From Chrysomallon squamiferum (lineage: Eukaryota; Animalia; Mollusca), in contig CM022679.1 of the NCBI GenBank assembly GCA_012295275.1, forward strand, positions 26,784,001 to 26,848,000: a stretch of DNA of 64,000 nt, given 5' to 3'. The notes below the pieces were generated by a model, which saw only the letters and a program-made list of their open reading frames with translations, ran no database searches and was not told where the DNA came from. The position numbers and the translations under genes are program-made. Of the stretch, positions 49,381-63,713 are shown one piece after another. Every line of letters begins with the position of its first letter. Position 1 is the stretch's first letter.

Positions 49381-50504
49381 TACAGCATGATTGCTTTTGC
49401 CCACCACTCTGCAAGTAGCGCTATTTTGGTGAGATCTCGGGGTTTGTGTCCTCGAATTACCCAGCAAAAGGTACATGTTCAGTGGAATGTGACATACCTC
49501 TATTGTTATCTTGACCATTTGAAAAATGGTCGGATCACCAAAGTCTTACTGCAGACCAGACCTTCTGCTTAATGATGTATGTTGACCTATTCTTCTTTAT
49601 TTACTTATATCGTACATAAAAATGATGGAAAAAGATGTCCCTAATATCATACTGGTATTTTTCGTCATAATTGTCTAGAGTCTTGGATAATTTGCTATTT
49701 TAAAATGATAATGCTGCCTCTTTACAAATCAAACAAGCACATGCTGTTGTATTCTGAGTTGATTTAAGTTTTGCAATTCATTCAACCAAATTTTGCATTC
49801 CTTTTCATATCACTGTTTGTTTCAGGTTTTGCTGGTTTTTGTTGTTTCTTCTTCTTCTTTATTAAATTTTTTGGTTTTGCCCTGAAAAAAAGTTCAAATG
49901 TAGCAGTTATCATTCACAAATCTCTATTGTCTTAAATAATGTTTAACTGGATTAAAATAAGCACTTATAATGGGATTTGAAATTACTGTTACTTCCTTAA
50001 TATTCAACATATTCACTTAGTGTAATTTTAAAGCGTTTCCAAGATCTTTTCAAATATGTTATTTGTTTTCAGATATCTGGGGTTTGAAATTTTTGTCCAC
50101 ATAATGCAGCAGCGGTCTTGTAATTCATTGTGACTAAGCAAAGTTTATTCAAGACTTCAAATCATATATAAATTACAGATTATGCCTTTCTCTTACAATC
50201 TGTCTAATACCAGTCAAATACACCAGACACTGGGTACTGAGATACTTGAAGTATGAATATATGTGATGACTTCTATAATTCTTCTGTAATCCTTCCCAAA
50301 TTTAACAATTAAAAATATAATTTTTAAATGACATATCCTCAAATACTGCCTACCAATGAAATTTCTAATGTTGCATGATTTTGTCTTGACACCACTATTT
50401 TCCAAGTTGTGAAAATAAAGTTCAAATTCCATTGTTGATTTTGTCACTTGATGTCAGTGTCCATTTTACTTTAGGAAGAAATTCAAACTGTGAACATCAG
50501 TTTT

Positions 50505-50535
<31 letters not shown>

Positions 50536-51406
50536 AATATTAATTTTTTATTTTTTTATTCTTAATTTATTAACATTTTTTTTGTTATATACAGAATTGT
50601 GAATTTGCTGGTATCTTTGTTGAATCTTTTGTATAATATTTTCTTCTCAATCCCACACTCTCTCGTAGCTTTCCTCATTTGTGTATTTCTAAACTGGCTT
50701 GCTCTTAAATTTTTCTGACATAACTAAGGTAAGTACGGGGCTTCAAATTACAGGCAAAAGTAGCTATAGAATGTTTCTGTTTGTGCTGGAAATGCACGTA
50801 TATTAATTACTATATTTGTGCTCATAAACTGTTCTTTTTTATATTTACCTCAAATATTTAGTAAGAAGCATATCAGGTTTAAATACTAAACCATAACAAA
50901 TTATATAAAAACAAGATGATTCATTTATTTGTTCAGTTTTATTTAAATATGATGCAATATTAAAACTACATGAAAGATAAAGCTGTCACAATATATATTA
51001 TTGTCTCCATGCATGAATGGAAATAACTTAGCTACTTGTGTTATGTTTATAGACAAAGGTATCACCAGCAGTAATCATTTGGGTTTTATCAGAACAATTG
51101 TTTTAGGTTGGGCTGTTGCCCATGAATATCATAAAATGCATCAAACATAATTATAAATGCTTCTATGCTAGAAAAAACCTCAAAGCAAATACTAAGCTAA
51201 GAGAACTTTCATGTTCTGCTTTAAATATGACATTTAACACACCTGCGCCTTTAATTGCCCATAGATTTATGATTATAGAGATCTTATTTCCCCTAATATC
51301 TTTCTGGAATTGGCTCTGAACTAAATTTGTGTATTGCAGATGATTATGATTAGACATGAACTATTTGTTGTCCTAGCTGACATGTACATTTGAAATGAGT
51401 TTAGAT

Positions 51407-51668
51407 CAGGGGTCGGCAACCTTTTGGAGAGAGGTGGCCAATCAGCTATGCAGTGTTCTGGAGGAGGGCCAAGACAGACACACCGATTTTCTCTCTCTGT
51501 CTCTTTCTCTTTCTCTCTCTGTCAATTCTATCTTCAGTGTTGAGCACCAAAAAGGGATGTTATGAAGGAAGGCTGCTTTGGTCTGGAGGTTTAAAGAAAA
51601 AACAACAAAGTTAATGTAATAATTGGTGTCCATGTGTTCAATTGGCGGGCCTTGGGTTGCAGCATCTG
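51407..51668. mobile_element. Duplicate copy of the hAT-like element
   Basis: CAGGGGTCGGCAACC...GGTTGCAGCATCTG, flanks GTTTAGAT/GTCTAGAT. Confidence 0.7.
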
Positions 51669-52335
51669 GTCTAGATGTTATCAACTATAGTTAGAAAATA
51701 TTGAGAAAATTTAATGTGTCTACATTAGTGGTAACGAAGAGGTTTTTAATTTTTTTTTCTGATGAAATTTTAAAAATAAGTGAAATTGTCACTCATTAGT
51801 AATCCCAAATCACTAATTTATAATACTTAAGTGTAAAAAAAAATCAAGTCACACGTGTAAAGAAAGGTATACTGTGCTATTTAAAGTTGTTACATTTATA
51901 AAGTTGCAACAGTTGACTCTATAGTGCTTATATAAAAAAAAATAAAAAAATAAATGCTTTATTTTTCAGAAAAAATTACTCGAAATATGGCATTTTGCTT
52001 GACCTTGCCCATATAAGTATATACAAATACAAATTTGAAAACGTGTGAACATGCACACGTGCACACTCACGCTGACCTGCACGCATGCACACAACACACA
52101 CACACACACACCAATTTCTCATATATCCTTTGATGTGGCATAAATAACCAATTACTATTGTAGCTGAACAGTTATTAATGCATGTTCTCTGTATCTGTAT
52201 TTGTTGGAACAATTGAAAATGTCTTAAACTTTATTTATTCATTATTTTATTTTATATTTTTAAATATTTCATTTAGGTGAAAAGTTCATTGGTTCACTGT
52301 TGCGGTGTGTACTCTTTTAACTGTTGTGGAGAACA

Positions 52336-52700
52336 ATGGCTAATGAACCTGAAATCTGCAGTAAGTATATCTGTCTGTCTTTCTGTAGTGAACTAGTCAT
52401 TATGACAAATGATATAAATATGTTGGCTGATAAGTGTTTGTTGTCATAACAAGTACAAAACATTATTTTGTCCAATAATCTTGAGCTGTTGCTGAAACCA
52501 GTAATCATTGCATGATATAAGAAAAATTATTTAAAAAAAGAAAAACAGACAAAAGAACTACCCAAAACCAATTAGTATGTGTGTGTATATGAATTAAATA
52601 TTACAAATCTTATTGTAAAGAAAATTATCAAATGTTAAGTGAATTTAACTTGACTATTATGTACCTATTACATAATTGTCGTATTCTGTGTTCAGTTAAA
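52336..52700 (+). pseudogene. Relic E: ATG exon with the same DED deletion as relic D, then truncated
   Basis: atggctaatgaacctgaaatctgca|gtaagt at 52336-52360; junction gctgttgctgaaaccagtaatc at ~52490; homology to relic D stops at ~52700 next to a Tigger fragment. Confidence 0.7.
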
Positions 52701-52719
52701 TATTTTTAAAAATACTTTT

Positions 52720-53159
52720 AGAAAAGTTTTTAACACCTTTGGCAGGAGTTATACCTTTTATCAACTCCTGATTCAGTATGGTACATATTGTAAAGTACTA
52801 TGCTCATACTGCCTAGTCATGTTGACTACATGTACACCTCTCATGTTTTTCTATGATTTCTATAATTCAATGGTCATCATCTGCTTCATGTTCTCAGCAC
52901 TGTCCTTTGCACTGACTCTCTTAGGATCCGTGGAAGTTTGGCAAAATACTGCACAAAACGTGAGCAGAACACAACAGAGATGCTTCCACGGTGAGGTAAC
53001 CACGTGAAGCAAACGAGCCAGATGTGGGATGCTGGGCGGATATTGTGTTCTTCATTACTTGGATTTTGGCTTGCAACTCAAAGCAAAAACTCGACTGTGC
53101 AACTGCTCGTTACTAGGAAAACTTGTAAGTTGGAGCACTTGTAACTTGAGGTACCACTG
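52720..53159 (-). mobile_element. Tigger/pogo transposon 5' fragment with degenerate HTH N-terminus
   Basis: Minus strand starts TA|CAGTGGTACCTC. Degenerate translation DPKRVSAKDSAENMKQMMTIEL..IIEKHE.GVHVVNMTRQYEHST.TICTIL..LIKGITPAKGVK resembles a Tigger/TIGD transposase N-terminus; it has stops and frameshifts. Confidence 0.75.
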
Positions 53160-54034
53160 TATGTAGTATATATATGTGTGTGTGTGCGTGTGTGTATATA
53201 TATATATATAATATAATTTTAAATGTGCTTTCACAAAACACGTAAATAATTTTTGTTTTTATATTCTTTTGTATTATTACAAAATATATTTCCTGATAAA
53301 TAATGCATCAACAGCTTAAGTTTATTAATCTAACGGATGAGTGGAGTATTATACTATCCCGATAATCAGATTGAATTGACTAGTCCCTGTCATAGTATTT
53401 TAAACAGGTCCTAGATGGTGATAACAAAAACAGCAACAGTAACAACAACAACAATAATCGTAATCACAATGAAATCAAAAACTATTATTACCACAAAGTT
53501 GGCTAATCTGATCTGCTTTTGTGTTGTTTGTGTTACTGACATTTTGTTAGCAGCTGAATTAACATACGTTATTTCACAGGACAACTAAATTGTGAGGTAC
53601 ATTTTAATTATTTTTTCTTTTATTATCATTTTTCAAATCTGATTTTTAAATTATGCTAAATTAGGCTATTAAACCAAGACCTTCCTCTGTACCCAGTATA
53701 ATACACACAGCATTTCAGTGTTAAATTAAACAAGATTTATTTATTATGATGAAGTATTTATTTGTGTCAGTCACATGTTCCTTCTGAGTCATGTGATCAG
53801 CCGATTGTTGTCATTCTGCCAGAACAGAGAAATATTTCTGATCAGTATCAGGTTCATACCTCAGTTAAATCCTAGAGGAGATATGCTGCTGTTGTGCAAA
53901 TATATATATATATATATAAAAAAATAAACAAGTAAATAAAGAAAAAAATAAATAAATAATACTAATACTCTATCAACTAAATTCTAGTTATTATAATATT
54001 ATGTATTTTATTATTCAACTAAACCAGGCATGCA

Positions 54035-54560
54035 TATTTCTATTTGTTTAAATGTGAGCAATTCTCAAATGTTTGGTAATATGAAGTTAATTCAGTGCAC
54101 ACAGGAGGGAATATAATGCAGACTTTCATAAGAAAGAATAATGCAAATGCACTGATAGCCATCTCTGGATGCTGTTTTAATGACACCTTTGTAGCATTTG
54201 TAACTTTAGAGTATATTTTTATATGTTTCTGTGGCATAATATGATAAACAGTACAGACAAAATCAGCTGTCTCTCTCACACACACACAAACACACACACA
54301 CACACACACAGAATGCTGATTTTGTCTATACTGTTTATAACATTCTGCTGTACAAACATTCAAAAATACACTGTAACGTTATAAATGCTACAAAGGTGAC
54401 ATTAAAACAGTATCTAAAGATGACTACCAGTGCAGTATTTCATTTGCATTGTTCGTTCTTATGAATGTCTGCATTATATTTCCTCTTATGTGTACATTAC
54501 TTAACTTCACATTACCATATATTTGACAACTGCTATCTCATTCAAACAAACAGAAATATA
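54035..54560. repeat. Inverted repeat with ~235-bp arms around a CT/CA microsatellite
   Basis: 54035-54268 is the reverse complement of 54315-54560 (gctgattttgtct...aaatgctacaaaggtgacattaaaacag). Confidence 0.8.
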
Positions 54561-57500
54561 TAATATTATGTATAATAACATGAATTTAATCAATAATATT
54601 ATTTATTTATTTATTTATTTATACCTGATACCACCAGCTCACATTCAAGTTCAAAACAAGATATAATTTTGGCAGCTAAATGTATTGTCTTTCTGGGACC
54701 TAGACACCTATTGCTATATCTATTATTACCATGTCTGATCGAATTATAACCAGCATTTTATAAATTAATTAAGTGCACAAATTATGTTAAGTAGTTGTAA
54801 CTTTTACTGCTGTTTACTTTACCAAAAGAATTTAAAACTTTCACCATTGTTTTTCTCATTATGTATATGTGACTAAAATCATATTCACTATGTATTCTGT
54901 TTTTCATTCATACAGTTGATTTATATATCTTACGAATAGACCTAAAATCACCAGCTCAGTATTCAAGTCTAAACAAGATATATTTTGGCAGCTAAATGTA
55001 TAGTCTTTCTACGACCTAGACATTCTTTATTTGAAGTGGTATCTTACCTCACGGAGTGTTAAATGTCAAAATGGCTTCTTCGTATTCATAACTGTAACAG
55101 CAAATTGAGAAATTTTCTTATGTGTTCGATTTTTCATCTCTGAAGACAACCGTAAGAAAATTTGTTGTTGTTGTTGTTGTTGTTGTTGTATTTATGGTTC
55201 TCATAGTTCTAAGATATTTTAAAATAAAACTTAGTAATTTAACCTTTGTTCTTTATAAAATTTCTGTACGTAATTTTTGGTGCAATACTCATTGGTTAGA
55301 GCAGAGGGCATGGTTTAATGGTCAGAGGAAAGTAGCATCAGATTCTTAATTCTCATTCAGTAGTAGTGACATTTGTTTATTAAGATATTTTTGAAATGTG
55401 ACTTCATAATCATTGCACTGATTCTTCTCTGAAGGTCACGTTTCTTTTACTGTACACGTTTGAGTTATGAAAATGTGGGCTGGGTTATGTAGCATGTCTG
55501 TTACTCAGTAGAAATTGTTGCTTGACACATGAATTGTGATATTTGATAAACAAAAGAATCTACAGGCAAGTTTACTGTTTCAAAATGATCTCACCAGGTA
55601 TGTATAGAATCTGTAGATAATCACCATGTGGCTATTTTTATTACTTCCTGGATGATTTCATTCTTAATAGACTGAGATTCTGACCAAGTGAGTTACCGTT
55701 TGGGATTTTTGTTTCTTTGAAAGCTGAAGTATATTCCATCATTAGAGTTTCTGTTTAGTTATTATTTTTATATATTTTCTAAAACTGTAAGAATCATGAT
55801 GTGAAGTGCGATATTTGATAAACAACAGAGAATCAACAGGCAAGTTCGATTATCACCAGGTTTGTGCAGATAATCACCATGCTTGGTGGCCGTATTGCAC
55901 CAACCGGTTGTTCCACTCAACCATATCTCATATGAAGCTATGCACCATCTGCTCGCTTTTCATTAGCTTATGTTAAATTATTTCTCGAGTATTCCAGCAT
56001 AAAAACACACAGGAAATTCAAAAGCATTTTTCATTTTGAATATTTTGACTGGGTTGAGTTTTTCTATATATATATATGCTGATTTTTAAGAGGTTACAAA
56101 TTTTCACTATGCTAGAATCAAGTGACTTGAATGAAAAATAGCTTGACATATTAAATTGTTTTTCATCTTACTGTCTTTGAAATTCTATCAAGCAATGATA
56201 AGTAAGGCAATTGTTATCTTGACCATTTGAAACATGGTCAGATCGCCAAAATTACATTGTTGACCAAACCCCCTGCTTAATTACTTGTGTTTGAAGATGG
56301 ATCATGTTGACTTATTCTTCTGAAATTACTTACATCTTACATAAGAATGATGGAAAAAGATGTCCCTAATTTTAAAATAAAAATGGCCGCCTCTTTACAA
56401 ATGAAACAAGGACATGCCTTTGTATTCTCTGTTGATTTAATTTTTATAGGTTTTTCAGCCAGATTATGCATTCCTTTTCATATCATAATAGGTTTTGTTC
56501 TTTTTCATTGTAGCAGTTTTCGATTACAAACCTCTATTGTCTTAAATGGTATTTAACTGGATGAAAATGAGCAACTATTAATTATTATGGAAATTGAAAC
56601 TACCGTTACTTCCTTAATATTCAACATACACTTCTTGATCTTGTCCTCATTTAAAGGGTCCAAGCTCATTCCAAGTATGTTATTTGTTTTCAGATTTCTG
56701 GAGTTTGAAATAGTTGTCCACATACCACAGCAGCTGTCACGTGAGTCATTGTTATTAAGCTAAGCTTATTCAAGACTTTATATGATATAAGTTACAGGTT
56801 ATAACTTTATCTCATAGAAATCTGCCCAATTTCATGCAAATATATGTGATTAGATTAGTGAGATACTTCATTTGGATTACGAAGATAGATGATGATTGCA
56901 GTTGCTGATGATTTGAGAAGTTTGATGTTTTATTTTATTGTATGATGTAGTAACTATATGGACTAATAGTCAAGTTTAGTGCAGTTTTAGACAATTTTTC
57001 TTTCTGATAATAATGTTGATTCTGAAGGAGCCTTGAAGCAAGTTAGATTTTGATATACAAAATGTGTGTCAGTATATTGAAAGCATAAGGAAATTAATAC
57101 TAATTAATGTTATTATTTAACTGCTAAAAAGAAAATACTAATAATAATTTTAGTAAAATGTTTGAAAAAGTAAAGGGTTCTGCAAACTCATCAAGAGTTC
57201 AACTATTGTAATGGTTTACTATCTTGAAGTTTCGAGATATACATAATTAAGGCATAAACAAAATTTGAGTTAATTAGTTCTAGAACTCATGTTTAAAATT
57301 ATATGAGATACTAAATTTTCATCTTATCAAATGACTAAAATTAATCATAATTTCACCATAGATTATAAATGAAAAATACCAGCAAAATGTATTCACATAA
57401 AAATGTTATTTCTTTCATATTAGTGCTGTCTTAAAAGATCTTGGAGTCTTTTCGATCTGTTTTTATTTTTTAACTTTTTTTTTAACTTTTTTTTTTAAAC

Positions 57501-58279
57501 TTTTTAAACTTTTTTATTTATTTATTTATATTATTTTATTTTATTTAATTTTTTAATTTTAGTGATATAGAATTTTATAGGAAAACTATTTTTGAAAATT
57601 TTGTCCAATGCCTACTGACTGTGGATCCTTCTAATTTGGACAACATGCATCAACAGAATAAGAATTGCCTTTGTATGCTGTAAAATTAGCCTTTATATAC
57701 TGCAAAATTATTGTTAAAAGGTAAAAATAATTGAGGGAGATTTTTTACAAAGTTGTTTATCAATTGCAATGCATTTTGGAATCAATGTAGAGCAAAGAAC
57801 AAGATTAGAAACACAGTAATTTTGACAGTTGCTGTACATAGTTAGTAAAGCCCACGTCAGTGACAAAAGCAATTACTTTATCCACTACTCTGGAAAATGA
57901 TTTGCTTTTGAATTAGGTGTGCTTTGTTTTAGTTTGAACAATGCCAGTTCAAGTGAAAGTGTTGCTGTGTGCAGTGATCCCTTCACAATAAGTTATTGTG
58001 TTTCTTTGTGTGTTTTTTTTACTCTCATTTTCATTTATTATCACATCTAAAAGTAGTAAAAGACTAGCAGAAATACAACTTGCTAATGAAAAGTGCATTC
58101 ATTCTGTACAAGAATTTTAAGAACGTTATCTCAATAAAGATCAAACAGTCCAATCCTCTACCAAGGTAGATAATACAGGGGAAAACAAAATAATTGCTTT
58201 CTTTCCTTGACAATGAAAGACTGAAAATTATTTCTGAGAAGAAGTGATTTATGTGATAATAATTATTTATTTCTTCTTC

Positions 58280-58299
58280 TGATGATGATGATGATGATG

Positions 58300-58368
<69 letters not shown>
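58280..58368. repeat. (GAT)n(TAT)n microsatellite
   Basis: Seen directly; a similar (TAT)n lies at 12151-12203. Confidence 0.95.
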
Positions 58369-59938
58369 GAGAGTATTATTTAATTTAAATTTAAATTTTT
58401 TTTTATTTTTTTTTAATAACATTGACAGGGGACTGTTGTTAGGATTAATTATCCCTACTTTGAATTGGTAAACAAATTATTTTTACACTATGTATAATTT
58501 ATAACAGATAACGTACATCCATTTATAATATCTCCAAAATTTAACACTTAGAAACAAAAGAAATTAAATTACATCCCTCAAGTATATTGACTACATATCA
58601 TAAATTCCTCTGTGCAAATTTAACATTTGTCTAACCAAAAAAAGATGTACATTTGCAGTATCACCACATAACAAAATCTTCATACTGGTCCAGTATAACC
58701 ACAACTGCCAATATTATTTATGTCTACCTCGAACAGTTGATGATGAAAATACTGAACAGTCACATATAATTATAAATGTTGGTGCAGTAACAATTGTTGA
58801 GAGACATATATACATATCAATCTGAATGCCAAAAATAGTTAGTGTATGTAAAGGTAGCATGCAAGTAAAAGCTGATGTAGATAAAGTTGAGGTGCAAACA
58901 ATAGCCAGTGTTGTAAAGTTAGGATGTAAACAACTGTGTGTACTTGTAATTATTTGTGAACATTTGCTGACATATTGAGTTGTAGTGTTAAACTATAAGT
59001 GTTTACACAGTTGGTGTGTAAGCATGTAGTTCATGGAAATGTTTTTATAAGTTTTCAGTCTTTTCTTTCTGACATACTGAGGATTTTTTTGCTTTTCAGT
59101 ACTGGTAAGAGGCATTGTAACTGTACCAGCTGTTTAAATCAATTGATGTCAACTAAGAATGATTTTTATTGATAATAGGGTGCAGTCTATCCTTTGAGTT
59201 AAACACACAGAAAGCAAATACTAAGCTAAGAAAACTTATATTTCTGCTTAAAATATGACTTATCACAGCTGCACCTTTGATTGCCCTAAATTTTATGATT
59301 ATAGAGATCTTATTGCCCCTGATTTGTTACCTTTCTGGAATAAGCTCTGAGGATTAGCTCTGTTTGTTATTGCAGATGATTATGATTAAACATCAGATGC
59401 TTCTTGTCCTCCTAGGTAATGTATGTGTGTCTAATTGGATGTATTGAATGAGTTGATGTTATCAGCTATATCCTTAGAAAATGTGAAAATTGAATGCCTC
59501 TATATTAGTGGTAATGGAGAGGTTTTTATTTTGCTTTTCTGATGAAATTTTAAAAATAAGTCAAATTGTCACTCAATAATCCCAACTCATTTCCTGATCA
59601 TAAAGTGTATAAAAAAGAAAATAATAATAATAAAAATAATAAATAATAAATAAATAAAAATAAATATAAATAAGAAAATTACTTAAACATAAATACAAAT
59701 GCACATACAGACAAACACACACACATGAACATGTATATATAACATATCCTTTAATGTAACATAAACAACCAGATACAGTTCGATCTGATCAGTTATTAAT
59801 GTATGTTCTCTGCATCTGTGTGTGTTGAAACAAATGAAAATGTCTTACATTTTAATTTATTTAAAAAAAAAAAATTATATTTTATTTAGATGAAAAGTTC
59901 ATTCTTGCAGTCTGTACTCTTAACCATTGCTGAGAATA

Positions 59939-62900
59939 ATGGCTTATGCAGCTGATATCGGTGGTAAGCATGTCTGTCTATAGTGAATTAGTCATTATGA
60001 TTAAATGAAATAAATATGCTGGTTGATAAGTGTTTATTGCCATACAAAATACAAAACAATAACCTTGAGCTATTAATACATTTTACCATTATCTGAAATT
60101 GTTCTCATAACTGAAAATAGTGACTTGCTTTTACTGTGTTATTTTCATTTGAAGATACAGAAATGCAACATTATTGCCCAATAATTTGAGATAATATGGA
60201 GGATATTTTGCTAGGTTTTGTTGTTGTTTTTTAAAAAAGAAAAAAGCTAGAAATTTTAAACATTATATTTATAATTACAAAAACATGATAAGATAATTGT
60301 GGATAAAAACTGTGATTAGTGATGTAAATAGCATACAAAAATAAGCATGTTGATTTCTGGTGCATAATTATTAACAATATCAACAGTATTTAATACATCA
60401 AAAAATATGTTATTAAACTGTACAGTGCATAAATGTATAATTATTTTCACTTAACATAAACATCAAGCTGTGAATGTGCAATCCAGATGATTATTTTAGC
60501 AGGTCAAAATGTAACAGCTTTCCCAGATGGGACTGACTCATCATTGTTATGCAATAACGATTCACGTTCCCAGTCTAGTGAAGAGCCAGTAGCTGGAGAT
60601 AAAGATGGCCAACATGACAACATCACAGCCAAAAAGATGAGCATAACAGAAATGAATCAGTATTTTAAGGAGGATAATAAATTGTGTTCAGGTGGAGGAG
60701 GAACAGTTTATAAAGGTTCAGATTTTTATTGCATGTTTAAATTTCATACACATGTAGAAAATCTAGCCACTTGTTTAAGACGTTGCAAAACATGTTTGAC
60801 AAAGTTTGCCACTTTTATTAATCTTTTCAGTTTTATCTACCATCAGTAACATTTATATGTTGCCTACATTTTTCGTTTTCTCTTTTTTCCATATGCTTTG
60901 TTACTAATCAAAAATTATTCAAAGAAATATATATTGCAGTAACTTGAAAATATACAAAATGAATTTAATCCTTTTATTGGTAGGTTTCTGGATTCATATT
61001 TATTGAGATTTTTCATAACTTGAATATACTTGGTGCATAATTCAGATCTTTTGCTATTTATTATAGGATGTAAGCAGTATAATGACTGTGATGTGGTTGT
61101 CAAGATTTTGCATAATCATCCTGATAAAAAAAAGATGCTGGAATCATTCACAATGGTAAAGTTTACCACTTTTTTTTCTGTTTTCTTTCTCTTTTTATTA
61201 TTTGTTTTAGTTGTTATCAGAAAACAAATACGTTACTTCCACTATAAAAAAAATCTTTTATATTTCTTGTTTTTAATTTTTTGTGTTCCATACACACATT
61301 CAAAGCACATACCAAAGTCTTTTATGCTGCTATTGTGAAGCTTGAATGCATATGGGTCATTCCGTGTCAAATCACCCAATGGGTTAAACCCAACCGTCTC
61401 AGATTTGTATAAAACTTGGTATACTTGTTGACTGGGATCCCACAGCACCAAATCTGACATATTAGCCCAATCGGATCAGTGGTGTGGGAGATATGGCCCA
61501 CCGAATATTGAGATTTTTGGCAAAAATGGGCATGACCACCAACCTTAGAACCCTCACATCTCAGGAACTACTGGGCCAATCTTCATAAAATTGGTATTGT
61601 TGAAAAGGCAATATTGCAAGGATTCCAAATCTGCCATTTTTGTTCGGTTTGGAAAATATTGGAGTACATTGACCTTTTGACCTTTGCTATGACCTTGAAA
61701 TTGACGGTGTGGATCACGTGACCTTGAGATGACCTTTATTGAAATTTAATCTCCCACATGTTAACTAAAACATATACAAATTTCCTGGGTGTAATATTTT
61801 TGGTTTAGCCACAATATAGATTTAAAAAATGCACATACATGAAAATAACACATTTTCAGCCATTAACATCTGATTAACTAAAACCTGAATGATCGATTCT
61901 GGATGCTAGGAATCACCATCTTTCTTGATCATCGAGTAAGACTTTGTAGGCCTACATGTATGCATAAAGTTCACATAAACTTGAGAGAACTAGGTGTTCC
62001 ATGACAGTGTGACTAAATATTTGTTGTGCTGCAAGAGAAAACCAGACTAAACACAAAATTTACAAATTTATTATTTATTTATTTTTCTGAATATAAAACT
62101 TTAGAAAAATATCTCACAAAACATCCCCTCAAAATGTACATGAAAGTGTGAGGTGATCACCAACCACTTAATGCCACTGTTTTAGCCAAGGCTAATCATT
62201 ACCCCTCTCAAATTTGAATGCTAATGTACTTTTCAGAAAATACAAATAAAATGCCTTAGGTACAAAATATATATATAAAAATTAAAAAAATTACAATTCT
62301 ATAAATTAGGGCATTCTGACATTCTGTGGCCTGCTACTCAAAATAGCTGTTTCCATCTTTGGCCTGATTTTCATGTGCTGGGTCTCATTTCAGAGTTTTG
62401 GTTTATCTAATAGTTAATTTCAAATATTAATTATGTCAAATCACAATATTTGATCAGCTTGTATATGCTGTTGATACTTGGGTGTTATGTCTGTACAACA
62501 CTGTGTCAGCTCTTGCTATGATGATGATTTTGCTCGACTTTTATGTCTATATATTTTATCAGCTGATGCTGCAATATTGATGTTTTTTGAGTGTTATGTC
62601 TACGTAACATTTTACCAGTTCATACAATGTTGTGTGGGTGTATGGCTGCACAAGTTTTTTGACATGCCACAGCAAAATATTTGAATTTCACAAATGATTT
62701 TATATTTTTTTCAGGAGATGATTTCATCCAGAAAAAAGCATCCTTTTTTGCTGCCATTGTTAGCTTATTGTGAGGAGAATCAAGAGGAAAATGGGTAATA
62801 ACAAAGAAAATACAGGAATGAAGCTGATTGTGACATCAGGCCATATAACGAGAATTATTGACTTGTTTACCAGTCATTCCTTTATCAACTAATCAAATAG

Positions 62901-63713
62901 AAAGGACCTTTTATTTTAACTTTTTTGTTTTTTAATTTTATATAAAATCTAAATGTTAACTGTAATTAATGGAATATATATGGCAAATGTCCAGATCAAA
63001 CATCCATTGGCACTTAGTATGAAGAAATATATTGATAAAATGATAAATCTGACAGATTTTATGAATATAATCATCTGCCTTGTTATCATAAGAGACTGGA
63101 AATGAATACTGACTGCTGAATCTAGTTGTTACATTTACTGTGTTGACAAATAAATAAAAAAATTGTGTTGTCTCTTTCTTAACACCAGTTTGGTAATTTT
63201 TTTCAGTAGTTGTTAGTTTTCTTATTTTATTAATTAAAATTTTTATAAGCATCTACAGATAGGATTCCAGTCATGATCTTTATTCAAGCAAGGCCTTAAT
63301 AGATGGAACCCATCCACTCCCAAAAATGTCACTTAGGTGCAGAGAAGAAAATGTTTATCTTTAATTTTAAACTATTTATCTTTAATTTTTAAAATGTTTT
63401 ATTTTAGATATATGTAGAATAAAATGCTAAATAAAGCATTTTCAAATGTTTAAACAGCTAGTACACTTTCTAACAAGATACTATGGCATGATTATTCCTT
63501 TACATGTATTAATCATTTGATGGTAAAGAAACGGTTCTATTCTTTCAGGCAGTACATTTTAATGTATCCATATATGAAGAATGAAGATCTTGATATCCGT
63601 TTAAAACATGTGTGGGATAAAAAAGCTACGTTATTGTTGGATGATTGCATTCGCATTATGTACCAGGTGTCTGTTGGGTTAAAGTTCTTGCACACAAATC
63701 ATGGAAATAACGG
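59939..63713 (+). CDS. Gene C (3' truncated by window): DED-less IRAK/Pelle-like kinase paralog
   Basis: Exons 59939-59963 (ATG), 60503-60715, 61067-61155, 62715-62794, 63549-63713; phases compatible if the DED-exon stub at 60155 is skipped. LCSGGGGTVYKG, VVVK, EMISSRKKHPFLLPLLAYC, LMYPYM. Confidence 0.78.
61354..61960. mobile_element. Probable DNA-transposon-derived intron insertion in gene C
   Basis: Higher-GC block starting GGGTCATTCCGTGTCAAATCACC, absent from the matching gene B intron (~37285); right end approximate and family not assigned. Confidence 0.45.

Larger units (their letters stand above)
41990..52700 (+). repeat. Segmental duplication unit, paralogous to ~11545-23560
   Basis: Same colinear blocks offset by ~29-30 kb. 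Confidence 0.9.
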
